DNA of 62,456 bases, filler included. It is 11 parts of 11 records of this genome, joined end to end, with 100 filler letters (N's around TTAATTAATTAA, not from the genome) between each part and the next. Parts side by side here need not be neighbours in the genome. Positions count along the whole stretch, not along the records: positions 6,108 to 13,686 come from SRR15195285_2022; positions 13,787 to 18,049 come from SRR15195285_2026; positions 18,150 to 24,218 come from SRR15195285_2030; 8 more parts are not named here. One strand, written 5' to 3'. Positions 11,301 to 21,500 of this stretch are shown here, piece after piece (positions within the stretch are counted from its first letter, which is position 1; every line of letters begins with the position of its first letter). The notes beneath the pieces were generated by a model. That model searched no databases, was not told the origin of the DNA, and saw only the letters and a program-made list of their open reading frames with translations. The position numbers and the translations under genes are program-made.

Positions 11301-13684
11301 TCCATGTGCGACATTAGGGTGCTGGTGTAGTTCTCAGTGACAGCAGCAATATGCCATCTAAACATAACTTGTCGCTGCACACGCACATTCGCTCGCCTCT
11401 GCAGCCGCAAAACTGCCTTGTTCGTAACAACCCTTCTCTTCCAACACTTGAACCAAAACGCCAGCGACCGTTCCTGGCGCAACACCAATGCCCGTCGTAT
11501 GGACCGAGATAGAGTGGCCTGGGTGGTGCTCCACCACAACCACCCTTTGAGTATGACCAGCAAACGATGATGCCAGTGACGATCCAGAGCGTGGTCTACC
11601 GATGCTTGCAGAAACTCATCCTTCTGCCGAGCTAACTCTCTCGTCACGAGATCATGAGCAGAAACAACTGCGTCACGGTATCTCTCTTCAGCAACAGCAG
11701 CAGCCCAATCAGCAAGTGCACGGTGTGTCACACGCAGCTCCACACGCCGCCTAAGAGCAGCCGCCTGACTCGAAGATTTCATGTGACATGCCACTTTGAT
11801 CCGCCAGAACGAAAAGGCACTTGCTAAACACTTGCTGTATACCCGTTCTGTTAGCCTGCTTAGGGCACTAGCTCGTAGGATCTGAACGTGCTGGACAGCA
11901 CGGGCCATGGCTTCATCCCGTATCGTAGACACGTGAAACAACCGCCAGTACGCAAGCGCACGCCTTTGCGCTCGGCAAGACGATCGATAAACCAACGACA
12001 ATAGCCGCAAGCTAGCTCTGCAAGCCCTTGACCAGATTCGAAAGCACGACTGAAGCCGAAGCGATGCGCGCTTGGAGACGTGTCGAGATTCGAGCACTGT
12101 GTGCGCCTTTGCGCAAGAAGTGAGATCATACCATTGGGTGAACATAGACCTGGTAGAATGCCGGTAAAGTTTCAGCTGCACCAGTCGAACAGTACGTACA
12201 CGCAGGCGCTGTTTACGCCAGCCAGCAACTACCACTCTAAGCATCGTTTTCTCGCGCACAGAGCAAGCAAAGACACATGCCAGTTCCGTTTGACAATCCA
12301 GTAACTCTTGGACCCTCATCATGCGTCCTGCTCTTGCTGCTGCAAGGCAACGCCTTATATGCTGGCGCCAGCCGTAGAATACTTCCTGAAGCACTCGCAA
12401 GTGCCGCTTGCAGAGTTTTGCCTCGGCGCGTGCTTTCTGGTGGCGATGCAGATTTCGCATCCTCACTAGCCGGTGCCAGCTGTTCAAAACAGCGCGCAGT
12501 CGTTTCTGTATCCCCTCGTGAAGCAGCCGCCGATAGTATCGCTTCCGCGATGCATGGGCTTGCCATCTACGAATGCAGATATGCATGGCCTCGCAGGTAT
12601 TTGCATCGCAAATGTGGGATACAACAATACCCAGCATCATTTCCCGAAACGAATCCTTTTGTGCAGTGTAGTGATCCTGCTGTGCGAGTAGTTGCTTTTC
12701 GTGTGCGCTAGATGTTTTCTGAATCATCAAAATTCTCACGGCCAGCGACCATGTGGCCAGGGCTCGCAACAACGTCTGTCGACCACGTACATGGTCGATG
12801 TGCGTACAGAACTTCTCGTGCATCTCGTTCTGTCGATGTACGCTCGCAGTCTGTGCAGCTGCCGCCGACCAACCCCGTATCGCACGTAGGATCTGGGCAT
12901 GCACCCGCTTCCTTTGATGCACGGCAAGCAATCTGCAAGTAGCGCTCCTGTGTTGAGCGAGTCGACCCCACTCCGCGATGAGTCTGCGAGTAAGCGAGCG
13001 AAGCTGTCGTGCCACTAGACGAAGCGATGCGGCTTTCCTCTGGGCCTCCCGTGCTAGTTGCAGGGCAGCGTCTGCCTGGAGTCTGGCTTCATTCCGCTGC
13101 TGCTGCGCTCTGATACCAAGACTCACATCAGCTGTAAACAACCAAGCCTGCCACGCCACGCGCACCAGCTTGTGCGCACGTTTCCATGCAATTACCGCGA
13201 TGGCTTGTTGATCGTACTGTTTGCGCACAGCTAGATGCGACTCGGCCATCCGTTGCTGCGCAAGCTCTTCTGCTGTTTGTCGCTCGATCAGCTCCCGCTG
13301 GAGATCGAGCTGGGCCCGTTCCAGCGCTTCACAGCGCAGCTCCGCTGCCAGCTGCCGATTTTCAGCCTGACACACTCTCGCGGCTGCTGTTTCACATGCC
13401 GCAGTCGCCTTCGCCGCGCCCTGCTGCGCTGCCTGCAGTCTGGCTCCGAGGCGGCGGATGGCTACCCTCGCTTCTTCTGCCTGTTCCACCTCTTCCCATT
13501 CTCGATGCTGCAGCTCAAGTCGCGTCGCGAGGTGCGCAAGAGGGGTTTCCCTGTACGCTCGCTGCTGCATCAGCTGGATCATCTGCGGGATCTGCTCCGG
13601 CGCTGGCCCAACCCTCTGCCGCTCCAGCCGCTGCTCCGGCTCCGGCTCTGGCGCCAGCTCCGGCTCTGGCTCCAGCTCCGGCTC
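8315..13684 (-). CDS. Sfi1-repeat-like (centrin-binding) protein with long coiled coil; 5-prime partial
   Basis: Uninterrupted frame of more than 1755 aa, open to the contig end (EPEP tract). Many periodic Trp motifs such as LRAVLNSWH, LQEVFYGWR, LASAFSFWR and LAFWFKCWK, followed by heptad coiled coil and a disordered tail. Confidence 0.75.
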   Translation of the reverse strand, partial: EPELEPEPELAPEPEPEQRLERQRVGPAPEQIPQMIQLMQQRAYRETPLAHLATRLELQHREWEEVEQAEEARVAIRRLGARLQAAQQGAAKATAACETAAARVCQAENRQLAAELRCEALERAQLDLQRELIERQTAEELAQQRMAESHLAVRKQYDQQAIAVIAWKRAHKLVRVAWQAWLFTADVSLGIRAQQQRNEARLQADAALQLAREAQRKAASLRLVARQLRSLTRRLIAEWGRLAQHRSATCRLLAVHQRKRVHAQILRAIRGWSAAAAQTASVHRQNEMHEKFCTHIDHVRGRQTLLRALATWSLAVRILMIQKTSSAHEKQLLAQQDHYTAQKDSFREMMLGIVVSHICDANTCEAMHICIRRWQAHASRKRYYRRLLHEGIQKRLRAVLNSWHRLVRMRNLHRHQKARAEAKLCKRHLRVLQEVFYGWRQHIRRCLAAARAGRMMRVQELLDCQTELACVFACSVREKTMLRVVVAGWRKQRLRVRTVRLVQLKLYRHSTRSMFTQWYDLTSCAKAHTVLESRHVSKRASLRLQSCFRIWSRACRASLRLLSLVYRSSCRAQRRALAYWRLFHVSTIRDEAMARAVQHVQILRASALSRLTERVYSKCLASAFSFWRIKVACHMKSSSQAAALRRRVELRVTHRALADWAAAVAEERYRDAVVSAHDLVTRELARQKDEFLQASVDHALDRHWHHRLLVILKGWLWWSTTQATLSRSIRRALVLRQERSLAFWFKCWKRRVVTNKAVLRLQRRANVRVQRQVMFRWHIAAVTENYTSTLMSHMEAAQSIEAEIAREVGRVGQFTNQLSKDFLKHVRRRQMAQVFHRWHHSIRAGSLQYTRAVVWSCRRISASQVLSRSWVRWWSAVLSVKHAELVTRCSMERCGFKLVLQSQRKRLDELETAHIQAVENLEAQTAVLSDSELEVLQLQRECKQISIQTKTHWQDCNAKVEAENTALVQQIKNLECATEARSHTEASATTQRALVAEERASAANDALIAAKEALWHAQQQLDDSKADRRVADAVRDTQAAHDAAEKKAELARLTGALESEQQSLSRERSSREAAEAKYLAAAKDAATLQHEADAAAANFARTQAALESEIRTAAVDAAGSVAKMQQELVLVQQEGIAAVQLWTQRHTELASECETSVGELQAAKFKIHATETELADVVARLAQTEAKLAEESRRCDLADATSVLNLESAEAECKAAIEVAQAEKAAVERQLLDLQAANVTDRQKLHNELIASVSAERQLQLHLKELCRHPAWQSRDERLDLKKQLHWARQRARRAELIATEAVEAAERSRLLSVSFMKQQHWQHHEGGEKKEVTVVATEEQQEDYEETAAVVGAVEETEKDEKDEKDAEEANEDAANGEKVAIAGEMQPGAESSKPLQERTPTGCADTTRKSVQRPTVEPTRRKLVLDGGGLSGLRAVREKLRAAELELGHIREDADRKPNRPAAGTAVTGAATEQPSGAATFQSHSHISQGGEVIIGESIDIAMSLDALIGVIHTEPFLTSEVNAIYRDQGTVDVANELDASSGFENESDDESDDELLDILNRTRPVPPILSQEETTLATSRGKVTTCTREMDASRRQRNHKQAQLGHRSTHDSSITPQTLASDPRKPPPPKQHQRRQHEEMVADCQEQQSCRSRRVAIVDPQSTAEPPPLFFVSTLPSGGRSFRRTELTEVTLRAERNAAQIASRSDSVSTILSVRSAPTQLSTVRPTPDRLRARKTIHRPPGISLSAFPRSVDVVDVEQHHRWRLLRIAMLRWALGAADGLAGQLA

Positions 13685-13924
13685 CGNNNNNNNNNNNNNN
13701 NNNNNNNNNNNNNNNNNNNNNNNNNNNNNNTTAATTAATTAANNNNNNNNNNNNNNNNNNNNNNNNNNNNNNNNNNNNNNNNNNNNGTTGGATGCTCCGC
13801 GCGGGCCCGCGCGCGGTCGCGCGCGCGCGAACCTCTGGGCCCTGCACCGCGTAGGTCGAGTATACCATAGCATGCCCGCGGGACGGATCCTCTATAGGCA
13901 ACCACGCACTCGTTTCGAGCCAGA

Positions 13925-16900
13925 ATGACGGTGCTTGGGCTCACAGTGGCGCTGGTGCTCGCACGCACAAGCTTCGGTGCTGCACTCCAGCGGCAGCAGC
14001 AGCAGCAGCAGCCTGACGCGTTTAGCGCGCCCGAGCCGTACGCGTTCATGCACGGTGCGCATCCGACTGCGAATCCGGAACGCCCCGCGTCGCCGGATCC
14101 GCTAGTGCGGTACACATGGGACAGCTCCGTCGACAGCAGCGCGCTGCAGCAACTGGCTGTCACCACCGCTGTTGCCGTGCATGCGGAGCCTGCGGACGCG
14201 TTCGAAGGGTTGGATTCACTCACTGGCGATGGCGCCGTCAGCGTCCTTTTCAAGGCTCCTGGGTACATACGGTTGGACTACGGCCTGGAGCGACCTGCGT
14301 GGCTCGAGGGGATTTCTGCTGACCTGAACGCCACCGACCAGAGTCACCTGCTGAACGCTTCCATTTCTGAGTATGACGAGCCATATGATGGTAAAGAGGA
14401 GCCGGTAAAAATGTACGGCACCACCTTCCGCCTGGAGACACATCATCCCAGCGGCGATGGACAACTATACGAAGGCGTGCGCTTTGCATGGCTGTGCTTC
14501 GCTGTCGCCTGCCCCTGGAGCGGTGGCGATGCCGCACCAGCCGCGACGGTCAACCCACCTGTGGTAAAACCGTGGCGGCTGACAGCCCTGCGCCTGGTCA
14601 CAAAGTTTCAGCCACTGCCGTACACTGGCAGCTTCACATCGTCTGACGTGCGCCTCGAGAGGGTTTGGTACGAAGCCAGGAGCCTCAGCACTCACACCTG
14701 CTTACTGCACAGTGCTGTGCAGCATCACACATATTCTCTGGTGATGATGACGATAAAGGCTTTGCCTGTGTAGGTACACGGGTGCATATGGCATCCGCTC
14801 GAACTTCCAGGGCAACGACTTCGGCTCGATCTTGATTGACCGTGGTGACCGGTCGGCCTTCCAAGGCGACGGTCATCCCAGCATGGCAGCTGCCGAGGCT
14901 GCCTTTGGCTCGCCACACCTGTACGAGCTGACAAGGCTGGGACTGGAAGTCACTGACTGCCACACACCACTCAAAACTGGCAAGCAGCTGTGTCGTTTCC
15001 CCAACGGCACCGTCGCGATGCCACAGGGCTCCTATCCTGTCTACTGTACGTAGTCCAGCCGGCGATCCAGGCTGGCCACTGTACAGAAAATGCTGCCAAG
15101 TGGCCGTGCTATCTCTTTTGACCAACTTTTGGTAAGCTATAAGAAACGGGTGTTTGCGCGACACTGTTGTGACCAGGGACAATGTCGGTCATGGACTATC
15201 TCTGGGCGAGCGGCAATGTAGAAGAGTTCGAGAAGTTGCTGCCGGATGTCGAAGCGATTCTGGACGATCAGATCTCGATTTTTGACAAATGTCTGTTGAC
15301 AAATGCCTCTGCAAAGCTGATGACTCGATCTAGATGCAACTATGAGTTTATTGGATGGGACGACCGCACTGGTATTGGGGGTTCGAATCCCATGGCAGCG
15401 GAAGGAGAACCCTACCGCGTCTACAATAGCCTGGTCACGCGTGCTGTTCGAGAGCTCGCAGCGGCTCTGAATGCAACAGGAGCCACAGCCAAAGCCACAC
15501 ACTATGGAGTGATGGCAGATGGCTTCGCCGCCAAGATTCGGCAAGCCCAGCCAGTGGCTAGCTTTCATGTTCACTCAGCTGCACACGCAGCCAACGCTGG
15601 CATTTTTGACACAGCATCATCACAGGCTGCTGTTTTCTCAGCAATTCTCAATGATTCGACGAAGGTGTGCAGTTTCTCACCATTCAACACCTACTATATT
15701 GTGCAAGCGCTGGCAAACCTAGGGAAATGGGAGCACGCGATCGCCACAGTAAATCACTGCTGGGAGCCGATGACACGCATTGCGCATGGATGTTTCTTAG
15801 AACTCTTCGATCCAGACTGGGCACAGTCGATGCATGTCGGGCAGAAGGCTCCATCAAGGCCATCGTACTGTCATCCTTGGAGCTCTGGAGCAACTCCTTT
15901 TCTGTCTAAATTTTTACTTGGAGTGCAACCCTTAACAGTCGGGTTTGAAAGTGTGACCGTGACGCCGTTCGTCTCCGCAGTGTGGCCGTCGGTTTCTGGC
16001 ACGGTTCCTGTACATGTTGGTAAGGCAGTGCTGCAGCTGAACGCTTCGTATAATAGTGGCACAGGTGGCGCAGGCACTGTAACCATAGTGATCGACTCTC
16101 CTGTGCCAGCAAAGGTTGGGCTGCCAGTATCATCTGCAAGTGGTTGTATTCTGAAATCGATCGAACATGGCGGCAAAAGGAGCACTAGCACCACTCGCTT
16201 TGGGCCCGCCCGCCTTGTGTACATGTTCACAGCATCGCTTCCTCTTGGAAAGCACATGGTAACAGGGCACTACACTGCGTGCAAGGAAATCGCAAACGTG
16301 AAGCCGCTATCTGGAGGGCTGTATCCGTTCCCAGACCCTCCAGTCTACGCGACCACGGTCACGACTGACAATACTACATACGGCAGCTGGGTGGGAAAAT
16401 ATGGCTCTGAAGCGTATGCACTCTTTGGCTTCGACCACAGCCACAGCAGTGGGGGCCTTCCTTCGCATCACAAGAAAACACACTATCCAGGAGCACCAGG
16501 CCGTCCAGGAGAAGACCGAGTACATATCCCTGCCGGAAGCTTTGTCAAAAGTTTCTCGTTTGCGTCTGGATGCGGCAGTAAGCCATCACCAATGTGGATA
16601 GGCGCGGAACCCAGGCTGAGGAACCAGACGCTACTCGCTGATCCTGCCGACTCGTCGAAGCCTGGCAGCCTAGGTTATGCATCCGGCGGTGGCGACGGCT
16701 CGCAAGGTCTTTACCTCGATGTGAGCACAACGCCGGGTGTGCGTTACAAACTGGCGCTATATATGGTTGGCAGTGCAGGTGACTTGTCGATTCAGTTTGC
16801 GCGAATCATGGACTTGTTAAGCCTCAACCCAATTGCCAAGGGCACAAAGATCGCGAACTATGGCGCGGGACAATGGTTGGTATTCGAGTACGACCGTGGG

Positions 16901-16969
16901 GTGCGGGTGCAGCTCACGTCAATTGATGGCCTAAGTACCATCTCGGCAGCAATGATCAACAAGATTTGA
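13925..16969 (+). CDS. Secreted alpha-L-rhamnosidase-like glycoside hydrolase (GH78); 3 exons, about 935 aa
   Basis: Signal peptide MTVLGLTVALVLARTSFG. Introns 14668-14773 and 15046-15176 restore FTSSDVRLERVWYTGAY, IDRGDRSAFQGD and YPVYWTMSV. GH78 motif SYCHPWSSGAT is followed by LLGVQP. Confidence 0.85.
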
Positions 16970-17120
16970 GCAGTTTAGGCATGATATATGCACTTAGTTA
17001 CTCAGTGTGGCCCAAGCAACTGCGCCACCAAAAGAAGACCAACGCTCACCGAACCCTAGGAGGGTGTCAACGAGTAGTTTAGGAGTGATATATGCATTCA
17101 GGTACTCAGTGTGGCCCAAG
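16968..17120. repeat. Two imperfect 49-bp direct repeats, 104 bp apart
   Basis: 16968-17016 and 17072-17120 match at 43 of 49 positions; both end TACTCAGTGTGGCCCAAG. Confidence 0.85.
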
Positions 17121-18520
17121 GTTAGTACACAAGGGCCCACCTCGGTCCCCATTCACTTCATCACGTAATCAACATACTGTGTGTATGATTTTGACTGGCG
17201 ATTAACTCGAGGTCTTTTGTGTCCTATCAGCTAGCTAGTACCAAAGACCAGCCATGCCTTCACCTCTGACACCGGGCATAACGCGCATTATACCCAGTGT
17301 CATTGGCTACTACACATCCCTTGCAGGCCTGCGGTGTTTGAATCGATCGAGGGGACGAGATTCCATCACCAAATTCCTGCCACCAGGCACAGACGCACAA
17401 CGCTGCTACTCGCCGATGCTGGCTCATCGTCCTCGTCTTCGGCGACTTGAATGCCGGATGCGCTGGCGCGTAGCACGGCCAAGTCCCCTAGGGTGTCCAG
17501 CTGGCAGAGACGGACACGTTCGTTGGCGTAGAAACGTGTGAGGTCGAGCGTCAGATGGAAACATTTCGACCAGGCGCTTGGAAGACACACGCTGGACAAA
17601 ATATGGGACCCACCCTTCTCGTCCCTACGACGAGGGAAGACGGCGACGACAACGTGGTGGACGCGTGGTAGTAGAGGTTGAAGAAGGAAGGGAGGCGAGG
17701 CCTTATCGTTGCGATTAAGACTAACTTCTGGTGCCAATATTTTCACAGTCTGCCTCGGTCTTCCTGCATGCGTGGTCCTACTAGTGGCAATCGCAGCATC
17801 GCACCAATTCACATTCACTTTGGGTCCACGATCCCGCGGTCCAATTACCCAAATGTAGTCACACGTTCATAGTGGCAACGTGTGCAGTTCCGGTCGTTGC
17901 TGCGCGTCTTTCTTCTTCTGATCACTCTCGCACTCGTCACCCCTACAGTAGTGCATCGTATGCGCCACTACGCTTAGTAGCAACAACAACCAAGCAAATG
18001 CACATCCCGTCGGCTCTATGTCACACGACGCCGTGAACACGTCACCACANNNNNNNNNNNNNNNNNNNNNNNNNNNNNNNNNNNNNNNNNNNNTTAATTA
18101 ATTAANNNNNNNNNNNNNNNNNNNNNNNNNNNNNNNNNNNNNNNNNNNNCGCATTCCAATGAATTTCTGATTCTGATTCATCGGTCCGGGGTCCGTAGCC
18201 CCAAGGAAGCAAGGTGTAGACCATAATAGATCCAATGAATAGATCCAATTTAGAAATTGTCGGTGTCCATTTCACATGCTCCGCACCGCTCCGGCGGGTG
18301 CTTCTATTTTGCAGGCAAAAACCCCGGTAGAAACACGTAGCCCGGACGGTGGAATGCAGCACATTGTATACGTACCCGCCACGGCGCGGGCGCGGCGGGT
18401 GATATCGGCGGCCGGCGCTAGGATTCCTACGCTACGTACGTACACGAGCAGCGAGCAGGCATGCATTGCTTGTAGCGTACCCGCCGAGTACGTCGGTGCC
18501 AGTGGGCGAACTGCTACACT

Positions 18521-21500
18521 ATGAGTACGAGCCAGCCATCAGGATTGCCGTGGGCATCAACGCTGCTCGTGCTGGCTGCAGCATCCTCTCGCAGCTATGC
18601 GGGTGGCGAATCCGCGGACGCATGGCCGCCGTGCGCGGGCAGTGCCGCTGGGCCGTCGCCGGAGGAGGGATTGAACATCACGAAGGTGCATCTAATCATG
18701 ACGAATCACTTTGACGCAGGGTTTAGCACGGACAACTCGAGCGCGCCGCACCAGGAGGGGTTTATAAGCAACGTTCTGAACGAGTACTTCGAAACATATT
18801 TTCCCCGCGCAGTGCGCGTGGCCGCAGACCTGCGTGCCCGTGGCGGATCAGAGCGCCTGGTATATACGACCCACAGCTGGCTGGCGCACCTTTACGTGCA
18901 CTGCCCCGCAGATTTTGTGCTTTCCGGCATCGCTTTGCAGTGTCCGTCGCCTGTCGCCGTGGCTGCGTTCAAGCGTGCGGTGCAGCAGGGCGACATCGTG
19001 TGGCATGCGGGAGCATTCAACACTGAGTACGAGCTGGCGTTCAACGAAGAGATGGTGGGTGAGCAGTTCAGGTTGTCACGCGAACTATCTGACGAGCTAG
19101 GTGTGCCGCGATCCAAGGTTCTGTCACTGCGCGACGTTCCGGGAACCACTCGCGCTCTGGTTCCGTTGTTGGTTCGCAACAATATATCTGCGCTCACTGT
19201 TGGGGTCAACAACGGTGCGCCGGATCCAGCGATGCCAAGTCCTGGTCGATGGGTGGACCGAACGTCCAACACAAGCGTCATGTTCATGCAGACGGGCCCA
19301 GGAGTAGGGTATCCTGCGAGAGAGGCAAACCATGGTGGGCTGTGCCGTCGTGTCTGTGTGACTGCTCCGAAGTTAGGTCACACGATGTGCTGGGCGTTTC
19401 GACCAGACAACTCAGGGCCACCAGTCAGTGTAGACGAGGTGCTTTCATATTTTCAGGTGGCTCGCACCGTATTTCCTGGTGCTGAAGTGGAGGCGTCGAC
19501 ATATGATCGTTTTGTGCAACAGCTTGAGACGGTAAAGCCTCAGCTTCCGACAGTGATGGGGGAAGTCGGGGACACGTGGGTGACATCGCAGTCAGCGGAT
19601 CCGCGCAAGTGGACCTTCTACCGAGAGGCCAGCCGAGCGTACTCTGAATGTCTTGCAGCAGGACTCTGTGATCCAGAACATGATCCGCGAGTTTCAGGGT
19701 TTCTTCGTTGTCTGATTAAGCTGCCGGAGCATACAGGTGGACCGGATAATTTCGCTGGCGACAGGAATTGGACTAATGGCCGATTTCACAGGGATATAGC
19801 AGAGAAAAAACCTACATATATCACGACGAACAAGGCCTACTTAGAGCAGCGGGAGATCGCATCCGTCCTCGGGCTGAAATATCTAGCCGATCACCCACTT
19901 GCAAGAAACATTACTGAGCGGCTCAAGATTTTGCACCCAGTTGTACCCAATATCTCGAAACTCGTACGTTTGCCACGCCGGGAATGGGGCACTCCACTCA
20001 CTGTGCGCACTAGTGCTGGTAACGTCACACTTGGAATGGACCCAGCAACTGGGGGGCTCACAACGCTCAGGATGGACGGCTTCGACTGGGCCGGTCCACA
20101 GAACCCCATCGGCCAGTATATCTACCGGACCTTCAACGATAGCGACTATAACGCTCAAAGAGGCTTTTGTTGCTATGGCTTGCCCGGTCGGCAGCAATCT
20201 GCAAAGCCAAATCAGACCAGCACGACACCAGTTGTGACTAACATGTGGCTAGAGAAGTCGTCCTCGCCTCGAACACTGACTGTCCAGCTTACAATGCCAA
20301 AGCTGCAGCACCAACAATACGGTGCTCCACAAGATTTGTGGGTGACTGCTAGAGTTGAGATGGACGGAGCCGTATCGCTGGACCTCCAAATATTCAATAA
20401 GACGAAAACGCGTTTGGGCGAAGCATCTTTCTTCCGCTTTGAGCCAAAACGACGCAATGGTTGTCGCTGGTTGATGGACAAACTCGGTTCATGGATTGAT
20501 CCACTCGAGACTGTGACCAATGGGTCACTCCATAGTCATGGTGTGCGCGATGGCGTTGCCTACTTCAATGATGTAACAGGGAACATGGTCTTCAGCATTG
20601 AGTCGCTTGACGCTTTCGTAGCAGATCCAGCTACTGCGAAGGAGCCTGCGACTAATTTTCTAACACCATTGACCCCACTAACAGGGCCAGTGCTTGGATT
20701 CGATATGCAGCTACACCAGAATGCTTTTTCAACAAATATGCCTCTGTTCTCTCTAGACTCAGAATTTCGATGGCGATTTCGTTTGCGAGCAGGTCCAGCT
20801 ACGAAAAAGGGAGTTAAGGCTGTACCAGCACTGCGGGAAACGCGGAGACATCTCTCCCTGGACACTAATGATACTCTACAGATGCCTTCGTTGCTCCCTA
20901 TCGAAGATTGGCATTATCCACAGGAAGAGACCGCCGAAATGCAGGCTCTGCTTGGATCTGGTTTGCAAGTGACAAACTTGAACGCTCGCAGCAACACAAC
21001 AGGCACTGTGACGCTGCGCGTCTCGAATGGAACCTCAGCTACGCTGAAGGTATCTGGTGATAGAGCGTTTGGCTGGGTACTGCGTGGTTTTCTCTGCTAT
21101 GACGACGGGCTGCCGTCGGGGCAGTGGGCAGTGCTCGAGTTCGAAGCTCGTCGGTGGGGAATGGTCGCGTTTTTGGGGAGTCACGGCCGTATGAGCCCGT
21201 CAACTCCTTCAAAAAAAGGAGGAATATACGGGGGGTTTGGTTTCAGGAAGGGAGTTGGTAAGCCATCGCAGCTTCGTTTGCCACAGCTCAACCCACGCCT
21301 GAACAGCAGCAGCTACTACACCCAAGCGCTGGCAGACCCTACAGACGCCTTTGCTCGGGCAATGGAGAATGCTAGCGCGTTTGGAGAAACCACATTTGCG
21401 TCGGCAGCAGCGTACTTAGCTCCAACACACGACTATACGATAGTCGGCAACGCACAGAGCCATACCAAGTTTTCTATAGCACAGGATGGCAAAATCTATC

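Noticed and set aside
16968-17120. CRISPR-like repeat-spacer unit
   Set aside because: Only two diverged 49-bp copies, a eukaryotic context and no cas genes.
17254-18049. Short ORFs after the GH78 gene as a gene or retroelement
   Set aside because: The frames are interrupted by stops and carry no recognisable motif; possibly decayed sequence.
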